DNA of 37,513 bases from positions 1-37,513 of IMG/VR virus record IMGVR_UViG_3300044645_001399; one strand, written 5' to 3'. The number at the start of each line of letters is the position of its first letter. Position 1 is the stretch's first letter. The stretch is from a virus. Its lineage: Duplodnaviria > Caudoviricetes. The position numbers were made by a program, and so were the translations under genes. A model generated the notes under the pieces. The model had not been told where the DNA came from. It saw only the letters and a program-made list of their open reading frames with translations, and did not search any database. This document shows, piece by piece, positions 7,656-17,756 of this stretch.

Positions 7656-10582
7656 GACGACTGCTGCCCTATGAGCACCAGCTGATTGAGCAGCTGGGCG
7701 TGAGTCAGGAGGACTACCTAGACTTCATCGCGGCGCAACAGAAGGACTACAGCCGCAGCATTGAGGATCAACAGGCGGAGATCCAAGCGGGCCCCGGCGC
7801 CGTCGCCCTTGCGCTCACGGTGGTGGGCATCCTGTTTCAGGTGGCCAGCGCCCTGCTGCTGCGGCCATCGGTGCCGAGCGCCGGCCGCAGCCCGCGGCAG
7901 ACCCGTGAGCAGCGCTTCGCCCCACGGTTCGGGTTCAACAGCTCCCAGGAGCTGGCCCAGTACGGCGAGCCGCTGAATCTGGTCTACACCAACACCGCGC
8001 AGAATCCACGCGGCGGCGTGCGTGTGGCCACGTCGCTGGTGTGGTCCAGCGTCCGCAGCTATGGCAGTTCGCAATTTATGCAGCTGCTGCTGGTGGCCGG
8101 TGCTGCCAGTATCCGCAAGATTGATTGGGACCGGGTGGCGTTCGGCCAGCTGCCGCTGCGGGAGTTCGCCGCATCAAAAACCTGGCTCTATTTCAACCAG
8201 AGCGGCAACGCCAGGTTCAACCAACGGCAGATCGGCGATGACAGCGACCCCTCCCGCGAGGGCGCCGCGCCGGGTGATGACGTGTGCCGGATCATCGATG
8301 GCGCAACTCGCCGCAGCGGCTACAGCCAGGCATTCAGCCCCAGCAGCTTGACCAGCTGCGGGGTGTTCAATCCGATCCCGATCAACGTCCAGCTACAGGA
8401 GCGCAACAGCAAAGGCGACATCGTGACCGCCAACAACGGCATCACCCTGACCACCAACGGATGGGGCGCTGGCGGCAGTGGTCGCTACACGGTCGGCACA
8501 CAGATCACGCTGGTATTCGCCAAGACCCAGAACAAAAAAACCAACATCGCCGAAGAGGCCGCCCAGGAGCAGCGCTACCAGCTGGTGAGCAGCCTGGACC
8601 GTGGCAGCACCTACCAGCTGGGCACTGCCCGATTCGCCCTGCTCAGCATCACCGACAACACCAACCTTGACGACAACGAGGTGCGGGCCACGTTCCGCTG
8701 CATCGCTGCCGGCCGCACCCCGTCAACGCCCTACGGCGACAGCAAGGCGCCGGAAAACGGCGCAAAGGATGACAGCTTTTACACCAAGGCGCTGGTGAAG
8801 GCCGACAGCGCCGCGTATCAGACGGTGACAGCCTGCGAGATGGTGTCGTTCTCAATGCGGGTCAAGCTGTTCCGCCGCATCCAAGGCAGGCAAAAGAAAT
8901 ACGGCGACAGCGAGCCCGAGGGATACAAGGCAAGTGACAACGGCATTAAGTCCCGGCTGGCATTCTTCCGGCTGCTGTATCGGCCGCTCAGCAGGGCCAC
9001 ACAGGATCTGCTGCCGCTGATTATCGCCTGCCGCAGGTCCGCTGATCTCGATAATTTCATCAGCCTTGACTTTCGCGCCGGCAGCGGCAACCAGAAGTGG
9101 GAGTTTGAGTTTCAGCCGATCAGCGACCTAGCGGCCGAGCGGGCGCAAAACGGGCAGAAACAAATCGCCCTGATTGAGAACAGCGGCAAAGGCGAAAGCT
9201 TTAGGCACAACGGCAATCGGTTTCGATGGGTGGGCGACCTAAAGGACATCAGCTCAGTGCTGAAGGATCGCGGGCCGGTGCTCACCAATGAGTGGGATCT
9301 GTTCAGCGTCCGCAGCGACACCGACATTCAGTTCAGTTTCGAGGCGGGCCCAGAGTTCCAGATCACGGCCGTTACAGAGCAACAGCTGAGATCAACTGAG
9401 GGCAAGTATGCCCGGATGAGCACCATGGCATTCGGGGTATTTTCCGGCCGCGGCGTGCAGGATCTGCGCAGCATCTCGGCGTTCGTCACCGAGGGTAAGG
9501 ATTCCTGGGTGGTGAGTGATGACGGCACCTACAGCAAGAGCGCTGGCAGCACCAGCTGGGCGCCGGACATCTTCGCTGACACGGTGCTGGACAAGGAAAA
9601 CGGCATCGGCCGGTATGCCAAGCCATCCGGCGTGGACTGGCAAAGCCTGGCCTTAAGCAAGCGGTTCTGTCAGTACAGCGGCCTCGGGTGCCAACTGTTC
9701 ATGGATCCGCTGATCGCTGAGGTCGGATCCTGGCGGCAGTTCTGGGCCGAGGTGGCGCCCTACTCGCTGCTGGAGTTCGGCAAGATCGGCGGAAAGGAGA
9801 CGCTAGTGCCGGCAGTGCCGGTGAACAGCAGCGGCCGCGCCAATCGCCGGGTGAACATCTCGGCGCTGTTCACCACTGGCAACATCCTGGAGGGCACCTA
9901 CCGCGAAGAGTTCCTTGACTACGGCGCCAGCGTTCAGGATCTGATCGCCACGGTGATCTACCGGGAAACAGAGGAAGATGACGTGTTCCCGCGCAACGCC
10001 AGCGTCGATGTGCGGTTGGTGGATGCCGTTGAGGATGCAGCGATCCGCCAGACGTTCGACCTATCGCAGTTCGTTACCCAGCGCAAGCAGGCAATCCTCT
10101 ACGGCAAGCTGCTGTGCAATCAGCGGCGATGGGTGCGGCGAGGCATTGAGTTCCAGACCTTCCCCACCGACACACCGGTGAGCCCTGGCGCCTACATCTA
10201 CGTGGACGTGGGCCTGAACACCTGGGACCGGATGACAGCCGGCGTGGTGATGCCTGGCGGCGTGCTCAATGCCCCGCTGAGCGATCGGCTGCGCGATGGC
10301 ACCTATGCCGCGCTGGTGTATCGCAGCGGCGGCAACGTCCGCTCGCTGGCCAGCGTGACGGTGGCGGACGGCAAAGCCAACGCCCTGAGCGATGACGCGG
10401 GCTCCATGTTCGTGCTGGGCGCCGTCACTGATCGCAAGCGGGTGTTCCGGGTGACGGAGGTGACGATGAGCGAGGAAGGGGAGGTGACGGTTAAGGCGCT
10501 GGAGCACCCTTGCGAGACGGTGGACGGCAACCTGCTGAGTCGGGTGGCGGACTTCAGCGATGCGCTGTTCAGTGTGCGGTGA
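7652..10582 (+). CDS. Central tail tip / host-specificity protein (gpJ-like)
   Basis: About 976 aa from ATG 7652 (MRRLLPYEHQLIEQLG; ATGA overlap with the upstream gene); LAQYGEPLNLVY, ALFTTGNI, FRVTEVT..EEGEVTVKALEHP. Confidence 0.8.
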   Translation: MRRLLPYEHQLIEQLGVSQEDYLDFIAAQQKDYSRSIEDQQAEIQAGPGAVALALTVVGILFQVASALLLRPSVPSAGRSPRQTREQRFAPRFGFNSSQELAQYGEPLNLVYTNTAQNPRGGVRVATSLVWSSVRSYGSSQFMQLLLVAGAASIRKIDWDRVAFGQLPLREFAASKTWLYFNQSGNARFNQRQIGDDSDPSREGAAPGDDVCRIIDGATRRSGYSQAFSPSSLTSCGVFNPIPINVQLQERNSKGDIVTANNGITLTTNGWGAGGSGRYTVGTQITLVFAKTQNKKTNIAEEAAQEQRYQLVSSLDRGSTYQLGTARFALLSITDNTNLDDNEVRATFRCIAAGRTPSTPYGDSKAPENGAKDDSFYTKALVKADSAAYQTVTACEMVSFSMRVKLFRRIQGRQKKYGDSEPEGYKASDNGIKSRLAFFRLLYRPLSRATQDLLPLIIACRRSADLDNFISLDFRAGSGNQKWEFEFQPISDLAAERAQNGQKQIALIENSGKGESFRHNGNRFRWVGDLKDISSVLKDRGPVLTNEWDLFSVRSDTDIQFSFEAGPEFQITAVTEQQLRSTEGKYARMSTMAFGVFSGRGVQDLRSISAFVTEGKDSWVVSDDGTYSKSAGSTSWAPDIFADTVLDKENGIGRYAKPSGVDWQSLALSKRFCQYSGLGCQLFMDPLIAEVGSWRQFWAEVAPYSLLEFGKIGGKETLVPAVPVNSSGRANRRVNISALFTTGNILEGTYREEFLDYGASVQDLIATVIYRETEEDDVFPRNASVDVRLVDAVEDAAIRQTFDLSQFVTQRKQAILYGKLLCNQRRWVRRGIEFQTFPTDTPVSPGAYIYVDVGLNTWDRMTAGVVMPGGVLNAPLSDRLRDGTYAALVYRSGGNVRSLASVTVADGKANALSDDAGSMFVLGAVTDRKRVFRVTEVTMSEEGEVTVKALEHPCETVDGNLLSRVADFSDALFSVR

Positions 10583-10583
10583 G

Positions 10584-10592
10584 TAGCCTGAG
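10584..10592 (+). promoter_or_regulatory. TAGCCTGAG motif (putative late promoter)
   Basis: Exact intergenic copy upstream of ATG 10613. Confidence 0.55.
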
Positions 10593-10612
10593 ATGCAGGA
10601 GGGCGCCAGCTG

Positions 10613-11053
10613 ATGGGTTACTACACAGGCCGAACCGGGGGGCTGATCTTCAACGGCAAGCCCGTTGCGAAGGTGCAGAGCTGGTCTGTGGAGAGCAGCG
10701 TTGACCTGCTGCCCACCACTGACCTAGGCGCTGATGCGCGGTCGTTCATCCCATCGCTAAAGGGCGCAACGGGCAGCGCCACCCTGATGTACTACCGGCT
10801 GGAGCCGGGCGAGTCGGCGCAGAAAACGCAGTTCACCGCGCTACTGGCCAAGATCCACAAGCGGGGCGCTATCACCGAACAGGATCGGGTCTTTCTGGAG
10901 CTGGACGTAGACACCGGCGGCGTTGACGACATCAAGATGTACGCCTACATCACCAGCGCTGTGATCGGCTCGGCGGTGGGTGAGCTGGTGGTGGTGCCGA
11001 TTCAGTTCACGATGGACGGAGACTTTGACGAGGCCATCAACCAGGCCAACTGA
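10613..11053 (+). CDS. Tail-tube-like structural protein
   Basis: 146 aa; YYTGRTG, AKVQSWSVESSVDLLPTTDLG...FIPSLKGATGSATL, IQFTMDG resemble the tube fold. Confidence 0.6.
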   Translation: MGYYTGRTGGLIFNGKPVAKVQSWSVESSVDLLPTTDLGADARSFIPSLKGATGSATLMYYRLEPGESAQKTQFTALLAKIHKRGAITEQDRVFLELDVDTGGVDDIKMYAYITSAVIGSAVGELVVVPIQFTMDGDFDEAINQAN

Positions 11054-11937
11054 TGACGCACTACCTCGGCACAAAGGGCAACGTCAAGCTGAGGCGTGGC
11101 ACCAAAGCATTCATCGGCCGGGTGTCAGATCAGATCATCCCCGACGATGTGAACACGTCGCTAAACCGGTTGTCGTTTGATGGGGCGATCAACAACATCC
11201 TGATCGGCGATCGGGTGGACATCAGCACCACGGACGCCCGTGGGCTGGTATTCTTCCCGCCGTCCGTGTGGGGCCTGGAGAGCACCGACCCGCCCCAGGA
11301 GAGCTTCACGGCCTACGTGCATGTCAACGCCGTGGGTGGCCTGCGATTCTTCCCGACCTTCACCGATGCGGTCAACAACGTCCGCGCCAATGAGATCCCG
11401 CTGGCAGCATTCACCGGCGACCCGCTGCAGATCAGCGTGCGCGTGCGTGATGTGCAGTTCAACCTATTGGGATCGGTGGAGGGCTACGAGTTCAACACCG
11501 ACCGGCAGACAATTGACGCCACAAGCCTCAATGATCGGTTTCGCCAGCAGCTATCCGCCGGCCTGATCAGCGGCGCTGGGCGGATCGAGTGCGAGTTCAA
11601 CTACCGCACGATCGGGCTTACCGAGCCGTCTCTGCTGCTACTGCAGCTGATCCAGCGGGTGGAGATTGGCAGCGAGTTTGATCTAGCCCTGTATCTGACC
11701 GACAAGGACATTGATCCTACGGTTGATACGGTCTTCTACAACCTGACCGCAGTGGTAAATCGCTCCGGTGTGCAGGTGCGAGCTGGCGACATCGTGCGCT
11801 GCGCCATTGATTTTGTCACCACCGATGAAATCCAGCTGGTGTATGGCAAGCCGGCTAACTATATCCTGAAAGAGGATGACGACCGCATCGAGCTGGAGCA
11901 GTCGCTGGACTACCTGCTGCAGGAGGTGGACGACTGA
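11053..11937 (+). CDS. Structural protein with tube-like C-terminal half
   Basis: 294 aa; YLGTKGNVKL, VEGYEFNTDRQTIDATSLNDRFRQQ..GLISGAG, IDFVTT; acidic C-terminal linker. Confidence 0.55.
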   Translation: MTHYLGTKGNVKLRRGTKAFIGRVSDQIIPDDVNTSLNRLSFDGAINNILIGDRVDISTTDARGLVFFPPSVWGLESTDPPQESFTAYVHVNAVGGLRFFPTFTDAVNNVRANEIPLAAFTGDPLQISVRVRDVQFNLLGSVEGYEFNTDRQTIDATSLNDRFRQQLSAGLISGAGRIECEFNYRTIGLTEPSLLLLQLIQRVEIGSEFDLALYLTDKDIDPTVDTVFYNLTAVVNRSGVQVRAGDIVRCAIDFVTTDEIQLVYGKPANYILKEDDDRIELEQSLDYLLQEVDD

Positions 11938-11946
11938 GCCCGTCCG

Positions 11947-11955
11947 TAGCCTGAG
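11947..11955 (+). promoter_or_regulatory. TAGCCTGAG motif (putative late promoter) enclosed by inverted repeat CCGTCC/GGACGG (11940-11966)
   Basis: Exact intergenic copy upstream of the tail fibre TTG start. Confidence 0.55.
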
Positions 11956-11984
11956 CCTGTGGACGGTCGCGGTGAGGCGCACCC

Positions 11985-14432
11985 TTGGCTGATCAGCGGA
12001 TAACCCAGCTCACGGCCCTGTCAAAGGCGGGTGCGGCGGCTAATGATGTGGTGCCCATCGCCGACATCTCTGCCAGCGAGACGAAGAAAATCACGCTGAA
12101 GGATTTGGTTGCCGCAGGCATCGACCTGGTGGACGCCGGGGAGATTGACCTGGAAAAGCTGGATCAGACCAGCGTTACTAAGCTGGGTGCTGCGGCGATT
12201 GGCGATGGCGTGCTCACCGCCGCCAAGATGGCCGCCGATGCGGCAACAGCCGTTGCGGTCACAGCCCCCAGCACGGGGAACCACCGCGGCCGTGGGTGGC
12301 TGCACAGCGGCACCGGCAATCTGCAGGTGTGGGATGGGGCAGCGTTCCAGCAGGTGGTGATGCCCACCGCCGGCATCGGTGATCTGCAGGTGACCGCCGG
12401 CAAGCTGGCTGACGGTGCTGTGACTACCGCGAAGGTGTCGCCGCTCGGTTCGGCCGCCTATGCCGCCGGATCGGTGAATACCGCCGCGCTGGCGGATCTG
12501 AACGTGACCAGCGGCAAGCTGGCCGATGGGGCGGTGCTGGCCGACAAGATCGGCACGGGTGCTGTCATCACGGCCAAGCTGGGCGCCGGCGCGGTGACTT
12601 ACGACCGCATTCAGAACGTCTCTGCCACCGATCGACTGCTGGGCCGCAGCTCTGCCGGTGCGGGGCCGGTTCAGGAAGTGCCGCTGACTGCTGCTGGCCG
12701 CGCCCTGATCGCTGGCGTGGATGCTGCAGCGCAGCGCAGCGCACTAGGCCTGGGAACGCTGGCGACAGCATCCGGCACCTGGACGGACGGATCGACGTTC
12801 GCAGGCACCAGCTCGGGCACTAACACCGGCGATCAGACCATCACCCTCACTGGGGACGTAACCGGCACTGGCACTGGGACGTTCGCCGCAACGATTGCCG
12901 ATGGGGCGATCACCGAACTGAAGTACGCCGCACTGAGCATCCCCACCGGCGCGGTGAAGGACGGCGCAATCACCGCCGCCAAGCTGGCGGATCAATCCTC
13001 TGCGGTAGTGAGCAACGGATCGCCATCGGGCGATGGGGCGTTTGTGGGTCAGCAGTGGTTCAACGCTGCCACGGGCGTGGAGTGGACATGGACCGGCAGC
13101 GAGTGGCAGGAACACCAAGCACCGACCATCCCTGAATCTGGTGTTCCCGACCTGAACGCCAGCAAGATCACAGCCGGCGAGTTCCCGACCGATCGTCTGG
13201 CGAATGATGCCGTAACCGGCGTCAAGCTGGCGGATTACAGCGTAGGGAAACTAAGCGAGGCGATTCCAGTTGCTGATTACATCAGCCAGCTGTATTTCAA
13301 CCCATTGGATAAAGCCTTCTTCATGTGGGATGGCAACGTCTGGCAGCCGATCGGGCTCAGCACCGGCGCGGTCAAGTTTGCCGGCACCTATGACGCCTCC
13401 AACAATAAGGTGGCCAGCACCACCGCCGAGGGCGCAACGCTGGGCCTAGTGGTCGGCAACGCATTGCCTACCGCTGCAGCAGCCAACTCGGGCTACTACC
13501 TGGTGGTGAGCAAAAGCGGCACCGGCACCAGCCCGGCGCCTACTGTTGCGCTGGCGCCCCCGGACCTGCTGCTTTCCACCGGCACGGCATGGGTCGAGGT
13601 GGATACATCGGCGGGCTATACCACACTGACCGCCAGCGGTGTGGATTTTGTCCCTGCGGGGCAGGTCGCTGCCACCAACGTGCAGCTGGCGATCGAGGAG
13701 GTGAGCAACGAATGCCGTAACGCCAGCAACCTGTCCAGCGGCACCCTGGCGGTGGCTAGGGGCGGCACCAACCTAGCCAGCTACACCAAGGGTGATCTAC
13801 TGGTTGCCAGCGGCGCCACGACTCTCGCCAGGCTGACGGTCGGTGCCAGCGGGCAGGTGCTGGTGGCAGACAATAGTACGGCTACGGGGCTGGCGTGGTC
13901 CAACAATATCAGCGGCAATGCCGCGACCGTCACCAACGGCGTTTACACCATCGGCGCGCAAACCATCGGCGGGGCCAAGACGTTCTCCAACGCACTGGTG
14001 AGCGATGGCACCTTCACCGCTAACGGCACGGTGTTCAGTTCCGGCATCCGCACCAATACCACCACAGGCGTGAGCGCCAACGTGTTCCTGAACACCACGA
14101 ATGATCAGGTGCAACGGGTCACATCATCGCAAAAATATAAGATTCACATTCAGACAGCACCACTGGCCGAAAGCCGCCGGATCCTGTCGGCTACTAGGCC
14201 GGTGAGCTACCTGCCCAACCCAAAGAATACCAGCGACGATCCGACCATCAGGGTGTGGGGCCTGATCGCTGAAGAGGTGGCAGAATATGCGCCGGAGATG
14301 GTGATGTGGGGCCTCGGCGGGGAGGCGGAAGGCGTGAGCTACGACCGCTTTGGCGTGCACCTGATCAATGTGGCGAACGACCATGAGGCCAGGATTGCCG
14401 CGCTGGAAGCAGCGCTGCAGTCTCTATCCTGA
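11985..14432 (+). CDS. Tail fibre with C-terminal intramolecular chaperone (peptidase S74-like)
   Basis: 815 aa, TTG start; MADQRITQL N-terminus; repeated VT.AKLADGA motifs; C-terminal SSQKYK..I...RPVSY...GLIAEEV...VSYDR...RIAALE. Confidence 0.85.
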   Translation: MADQRITQLTALSKAGAAANDVVPIADISASETKKITLKDLVAAGIDLVDAGEIDLEKLDQTSVTKLGAAAIGDGVLTAAKMAADAATAVAVTAPSTGNHRGRGWLHSGTGNLQVWDGAAFQQVVMPTAGIGDLQVTAGKLADGAVTTAKVSPLGSAAYAAGSVNTAALADLNVTSGKLADGAVLADKIGTGAVITAKLGAGAVTYDRIQNVSATDRLLGRSSAGAGPVQEVPLTAAGRALIAGVDAAAQRSALGLGTLATASGTWTDGSTFAGTSSGTNTGDQTITLTGDVTGTGTGTFAATIADGAITELKYAALSIPTGAVKDGAITAAKLADQSSAVVSNGSPSGDGAFVGQQWFNAATGVEWTWTGSEWQEHQAPTIPESGVPDLNASKITAGEFPTDRLANDAVTGVKLADYSVGKLSEAIPVADYISQLYFNPLDKAFFMWDGNVWQPIGLSTGAVKFAGTYDASNNKVASTTAEGATLGLVVGNALPTAAAANSGYYLVVSKSGTGTSPAPTVALAPPDLLLSTGTAWVEVDTSAGYTTLTASGVDFVPAGQVAATNVQLAIEEVSNECRNASNLSSGTLAVARGGTNLASYTKGDLLVASGATTLARLTVGASGQVLVADNSTATGLAWSNNISGNAATVTNGVYTIGAQTIGGAKTFSNALVSDGTFTANGTVFSSGIRTNTTTGVSANVFLNTTNDQVQRVTSSQKYKIHIQTAPLAESRRILSATRPVSYLPNPKNTSDDPTIRVWGLIAEEVAEYAPEMVMWGLGGEAEGVSYDRFGVHLINVANDHEARIAALEAALQSLS

Positions 14433-14452
14433 TGGATAGGACAGGAGCCCCG

Positions 14453-14629
14453 ATGAAAGACCAGCTAACCCAGCTAATCACCGCCTACGGCGTGGCCCAC
14501 GCCAGCGGCAACGCCATCCTGAAGCAGCTTGCTGCTGGCCAGCTGGATGCGTTCCTATCAGCGGTTGAGGTTATCAGGCCTGAGCCGGCTGCGCCTGAGG
14601 TGGTGGCTGCAGAGGTTGAGGGCCAGTGA
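14453..14629 (+). CDS. Small protein, possible fibre assembly chaperone (58 aa)
   Basis: ATG 14453 preceded by AGGAG; MKDQLTQLITAYGVAHASGN...; follows the fibre gene. Confidence 0.6.
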   Translation: MKDQLTQLITAYGVAHASGNAILKQLAAGQLDAFLSAVEVIRPEPAAPEVVAAEVEGQ

Positions 14630-15258
14630 TCTACCCCGCCAAGCTGGACATCACGATCCTGCAGAACTCGACGTTTCGGGCTGTGTTCCGAGCGCTGCAG
14701 AAACAGCAGGCAATCACGGCGTTCACCGTGACCACCGGCAATCCGTTCTTCACCGTGCCGTGCCACGGCCTGATCGCTGGCAACAAGGTGGTAATCGTGC
14801 CACCGGGCAACGCAGAGGCCACACTGCCGGCAACGACCACGCCTGAGCCCCCGGACGTGCCCTGCGGGCTGGAGCTTAACAAGGTGTATTTCGTCTCGGC
14901 CACCGGGTTGACCAGTAGCGCATTTACCGTTTCCGCCACCAATGGCGGCAGCCCTATCACGGTGGCGAGCACCGCGCTTGGCACAATGGTGATTGCCCAG
15001 CCGATCGATCTGACCGGCTATGCCGCTGACGCGGATGTGAAGGGGCTGATCGATGATTTACAAAAGGCCACCTTCACTTGTGCGCTGGAAACCGCTGCTG
15101 ACGGACTGGTGAGCATCGCCATGACACCTTCAACCGCCGCCGGGTTGGAGGTGGGCCGCTACGGGTGGGATGCCTCGCTGACCAGCGGCGCCGGGGAGCG
15201 TTACTACTGGCTGCAAGGTGTGGCAACAGTGGCGAAAACCTATTCGAGGAACAGCTGA
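14626..15258 (+). CDS. Virion beta-sandwich adaptor protein (BppU/LtfC-like) with inserted domain
   Basis: LDITILQNSTF...PIDLTGY...GLVSIAMT..T..L..GRYGWD..L...G.RYYWLQG pattern, interrupted by an HGL..G...GL..NKVYFV domain. Confidence 0.6.
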   Translation: MIYPAKLDITILQNSTFRAVFRALQKQQAITAFTVTTGNPFFTVPCHGLIAGNKVVIVPPGNAEATLPATTTPEPPDVPCGLELNKVYFVSATGLTSSAFTVSATNGGSPITVASTALGTMVIAQPIDLTGYAADADVKGLIDDLQKATFTCALETAADGLVSIAMTPSTAAGLEVGRYGWDASLTSGAGERYYWLQGVATVAKTYSRNS

Positions 15259-17567
15259 TGACTACGCTAAATGACGCTTCTCAGATCAAGATCTCCCTAG
15301 TCGATGATGGCCAGCAATCCGTAGCACTGGCGGTTGTCGTGCCCGGCATCCAGGGCCCCAGCGGCACAACGCTTGAGAATATCCCGCTAAGCAAACTGGC
15401 GCCAGGCGCACTACCGGCGGGCGTCACCGTTGCAAGCGCAAACATCGTAGACGGTACGATTGTTAATGCTGACATCAGCAGCAGTGCAGCGATTGGCCTG
15501 TCCAAGCTCGCCACCGGTGCATTGCCATCTGGTGTCACCGTGGCGTCTGCAAACATCGTGGACGGTACGATTGTTAATGCTGACATCAGCAGCAGTGCAG
15601 CGATTGGCCTGTCCAAGCTCGCCACCGGTGCATTGCCATCTGGTGTCACTGTGGCGTCTGCAAACATCGTGGACGGTACGATTGTTAATGCTGACATCAG
15701 CAGCAGTGCAGCGATTGATTCGAGTAAACTTGGCTTTTCCCAAGCCGGCGGCAGTGCAGTTGCGCAGACTGTGCAGGCCAAGCTGCGTGACCTTGTATCT
15801 GTCAAGGACTTTGGCGCTGGCACTACAGCTAACGACGCGCCAGCGTTTGCCGCAGCATCCAATGTAAGCGGCAATCCTGCAGTTTTCGTTCCCGCCGGAA
15901 CATACCAGTTTGCATCAACTCCTTCGCTGGCGCAGGATAGTGTTTTTATTTTCGACAATGGAGCGAGCTTCACGGGCACATGGCCCACGTCGGCCAAAAG
16001 GATTCACCTGGGCGACGCAAACTCGTGGGTCTCAACAATTGCGGGCGGGATCTACACCTATCTCGATTTTAACCCGGTCCTGAACATCCGGCCGTCGATT
16101 ACATCGGTTGGCATTTCCTGCGCACAACAAACGTCAGAGATCACATACGGTTTTGGCACCGGCAGCGGGGCATTGTCGTTTTCCAGCTTCATCCACAACA
16201 ACAATCCAACAGCTGACACCACCGCCTGGCCCTTCTATTCCACAGTGCTGCACGATACCCCGCTGGGGATTTCGCACTGCATGGAGGTGGACATCTTCAA
16301 CAGAAGCGCCGTAGTTGAAGTGACACCCCACCGCATTGCGAAGGCGGGGATGACAAATGGCCTGTGGATTGGGGCAGGCGGCGAGTACACCCAGCAGCCA
16401 ACGGTTCAGCCCGAAGCCGGTATCGCGTCGGTAGCCATCGCTATTGTCAGGAACGATTCTCGCCCCGTCAAGGCCGCCTGTTGGGATAAGGGGATCCTGT
16501 TCCACAGCACTGCAATCCGAGGTGTTGACGGCTTTGAGGGCACCGGCGGGAACGGTTGCGCGATTGGCTTTGCGAATCGCCATTTTATGAAATGGTTTCG
16601 CAATAGCGATGATGCGGTTATTGGTGAGATTGGCTCTACATCAAATGGCGTTCAGCCTACGCGGGTCACATTTACCGACATCGGGTTTCTAATTTCGTCG
16701 ATTACCAACAACAACATAGCGCTTCAAGTTGAGAACCCCGCCACTGCCACAACCGGCATTCAGATCGCCCCCAACGCCAATGCCGGATCCGCTCCGCTGA
16801 TCTTGGCGCGAGGTGCTGCGGCCAACATTGATCTGATGCTCTCTGGCAAGGGCACCGGGGGCATCGGCTTCAACGGCGGCACCAGGCTGAAATGGATCAA
16901 CCCAGGCGACGGCCAGCTGCTGGCGGACATCATTCATTCCGGCGTGGGCAGTATGCGGCCTCAGCTCAACCTGTCAAATGGCTTCGGTTTTCTGGCTAGC
17001 TCGGCAGTTAATGGCAACGTTTGCCTGCAGGTCGAAATACCCTCTGACGCTACGACAGGGGTTCAGATCGTCCCCAACGCCAATGGCGGCCCCTCACCAC
17101 TGATTCAAGCTAGAGGGAACGCCACAAACATCGACCTGTTTCTTGCTGCCAAGGGAACTGGAGTTATCGGCTTTGGCGATGGCGCCTACATGAGGTGGCA
17201 CAAGGCGTCAGACAGCAGTGCTCTGGCGGAAATCGGCCAGACATCCACAGGCGCCATGAGGACCAGGCTGTCATTCACCGACTCGGGACTGCTTGTCAGC
17301 TCGCTCGTCAACAACAACACAGCCTTCCAGGTCGAAAACCCTTCTACCGCAACAACCGGAGTTCAGATCGCGCCGAACGCTAACGGCGGCGTGACACCTC
17401 TCATTCTTGCCAGGGGAACCAGCGCCAACATTGACCTATGGCTTGCGCCAAAAGGGACTGGGCATCTTAGATTTGGTATTGTTACGGCGACTCCGGTAAC
17501 CAATAACGGATACATCACGATCCGAGACAACGCCGGCAACCTTGTAAAACTCATGACCGCTGCTTAA
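15258..17567 (+). CDS. Second tail fibre / tailspike (receptor-binding protein)
   Basis: About 769 aa from ATG 15258 (TGATG overlap); 37-aa N-terminal repeats, TVQAKLRDLVSVKDFGA...VFVPAGTY spike-entry motif, three ~100-aa C-terminal repeats; visibly more AT-rich than flanks. Confidence 0.8.
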   Translation: MTTLNDASQIKISLVDDGQQSVALAVVVPGIQGPSGTTLENIPLSKLAPGALPAGVTVASANIVDGTIVNADISSSAAIGLSKLATGALPSGVTVASANIVDGTIVNADISSSAAIGLSKLATGALPSGVTVASANIVDGTIVNADISSSAAIDSSKLGFSQAGGSAVAQTVQAKLRDLVSVKDFGAGTTANDAPAFAAASNVSGNPAVFVPAGTYQFASTPSLAQDSVFIFDNGASFTGTWPTSAKRIHLGDANSWVSTIAGGIYTYLDFNPVLNIRPSITSVGISCAQQTSEITYGFGTGSGALSFSSFIHNNNPTADTTAWPFYSTVLHDTPLGISHCMEVDIFNRSAVVEVTPHRIAKAGMTNGLWIGAGGEYTQQPTVQPEAGIASVAIAIVRNDSRPVKAACWDKGILFHSTAIRGVDGFEGTGGNGCAIGFANRHFMKWFRNSDDAVIGEIGSTSNGVQPTRVTFTDIGFLISSITNNNIALQVENPATATTGIQIAPNANAGSAPLILARGAAANIDLMLSGKGTGGIGFNGGTRLKWINPGDGQLLADIIHSGVGSMRPQLNLSNGFGFLASSAVNGNVCLQVEIPSDATTGVQIVPNANGGPSPLIQARGNATNIDLFLAAKGTGVIGFGDGAYMRWHKASDSSALAEIGQTSTGAMRTRLSFTDSGLLVSSLVNNNTAFQVENPSTATTGVQIAPNANGGVTPLILARGTSANIDLWLAPKGTGHLRFGIVTATPVTNNGYITIRDNAGNLVKLMTAA
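15387..15717 (+). repeat. 111-bp (37-aa) tandem repeat, three copies
   Basis: GCAAACATCGT starts at 15438, 15549 and 15660; unit LSKLATGALPSGVTVASANIVDGTIVNADISSSAAIG; nearly identical DNA over 15438-15717. Confidence 0.95.
16584..17475 (+). repeat. Three diverged ~100-aa protein repeats
   Basis: Trp codons at 16593, 16893, 17196; KGTG at 16848, 17151, 17451; shared QVE.P..ATTG.QI.PNAN.G..PLI.ARG...NIDL.L..KGTG. Confidence 0.9.
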
Positions 17568-17569
17568 TT

Positions 17570-17737
17570 ATGGATCCAACAAAAGAACTTTCTGCAATCA
17601 TTGGCGATCTTGGTGTCCAGGTCGCATACCTGCAAGCGCAAGTGCGGATTCTGACGGAAGAAAATGCAGCGCTGAAACAGGCTGCGAGCGCCACGACTCC
17701 TGCCCACGGAATCGGTAGGCCCAGCTCTGCAGACTGA
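17570..17737 (+). CDS. Small coiled-coil protein, possible spike chaperone (55 aa)
   Basis: Manual translation MDPTKELSAIIGDLGVQVAYLQAQVRILTEENAALKQAASATTPAHGIGRPSSAD; fills the gap after the spike gene. Confidence 0.65.
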   Translation: MDPTKELSAIIGDLGVQVAYLQAQVRILTEENAALKQAASATTPAHGIGRPSSAD

Positions 17738-17756
17738 GGCAGATCCGCGCCGCGTA

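Noticed and set aside
15165-15257. ORF-track early start of the second fibre gene
   Set aside because: Overlaps the upstream gene; ATG 15258 gives TGATG coupling.
15387-15717. Tandem repeats as a CRISPR array
   Set aside because: 111-bp contiguous in-frame coding units without unique spacers; no cas genes.
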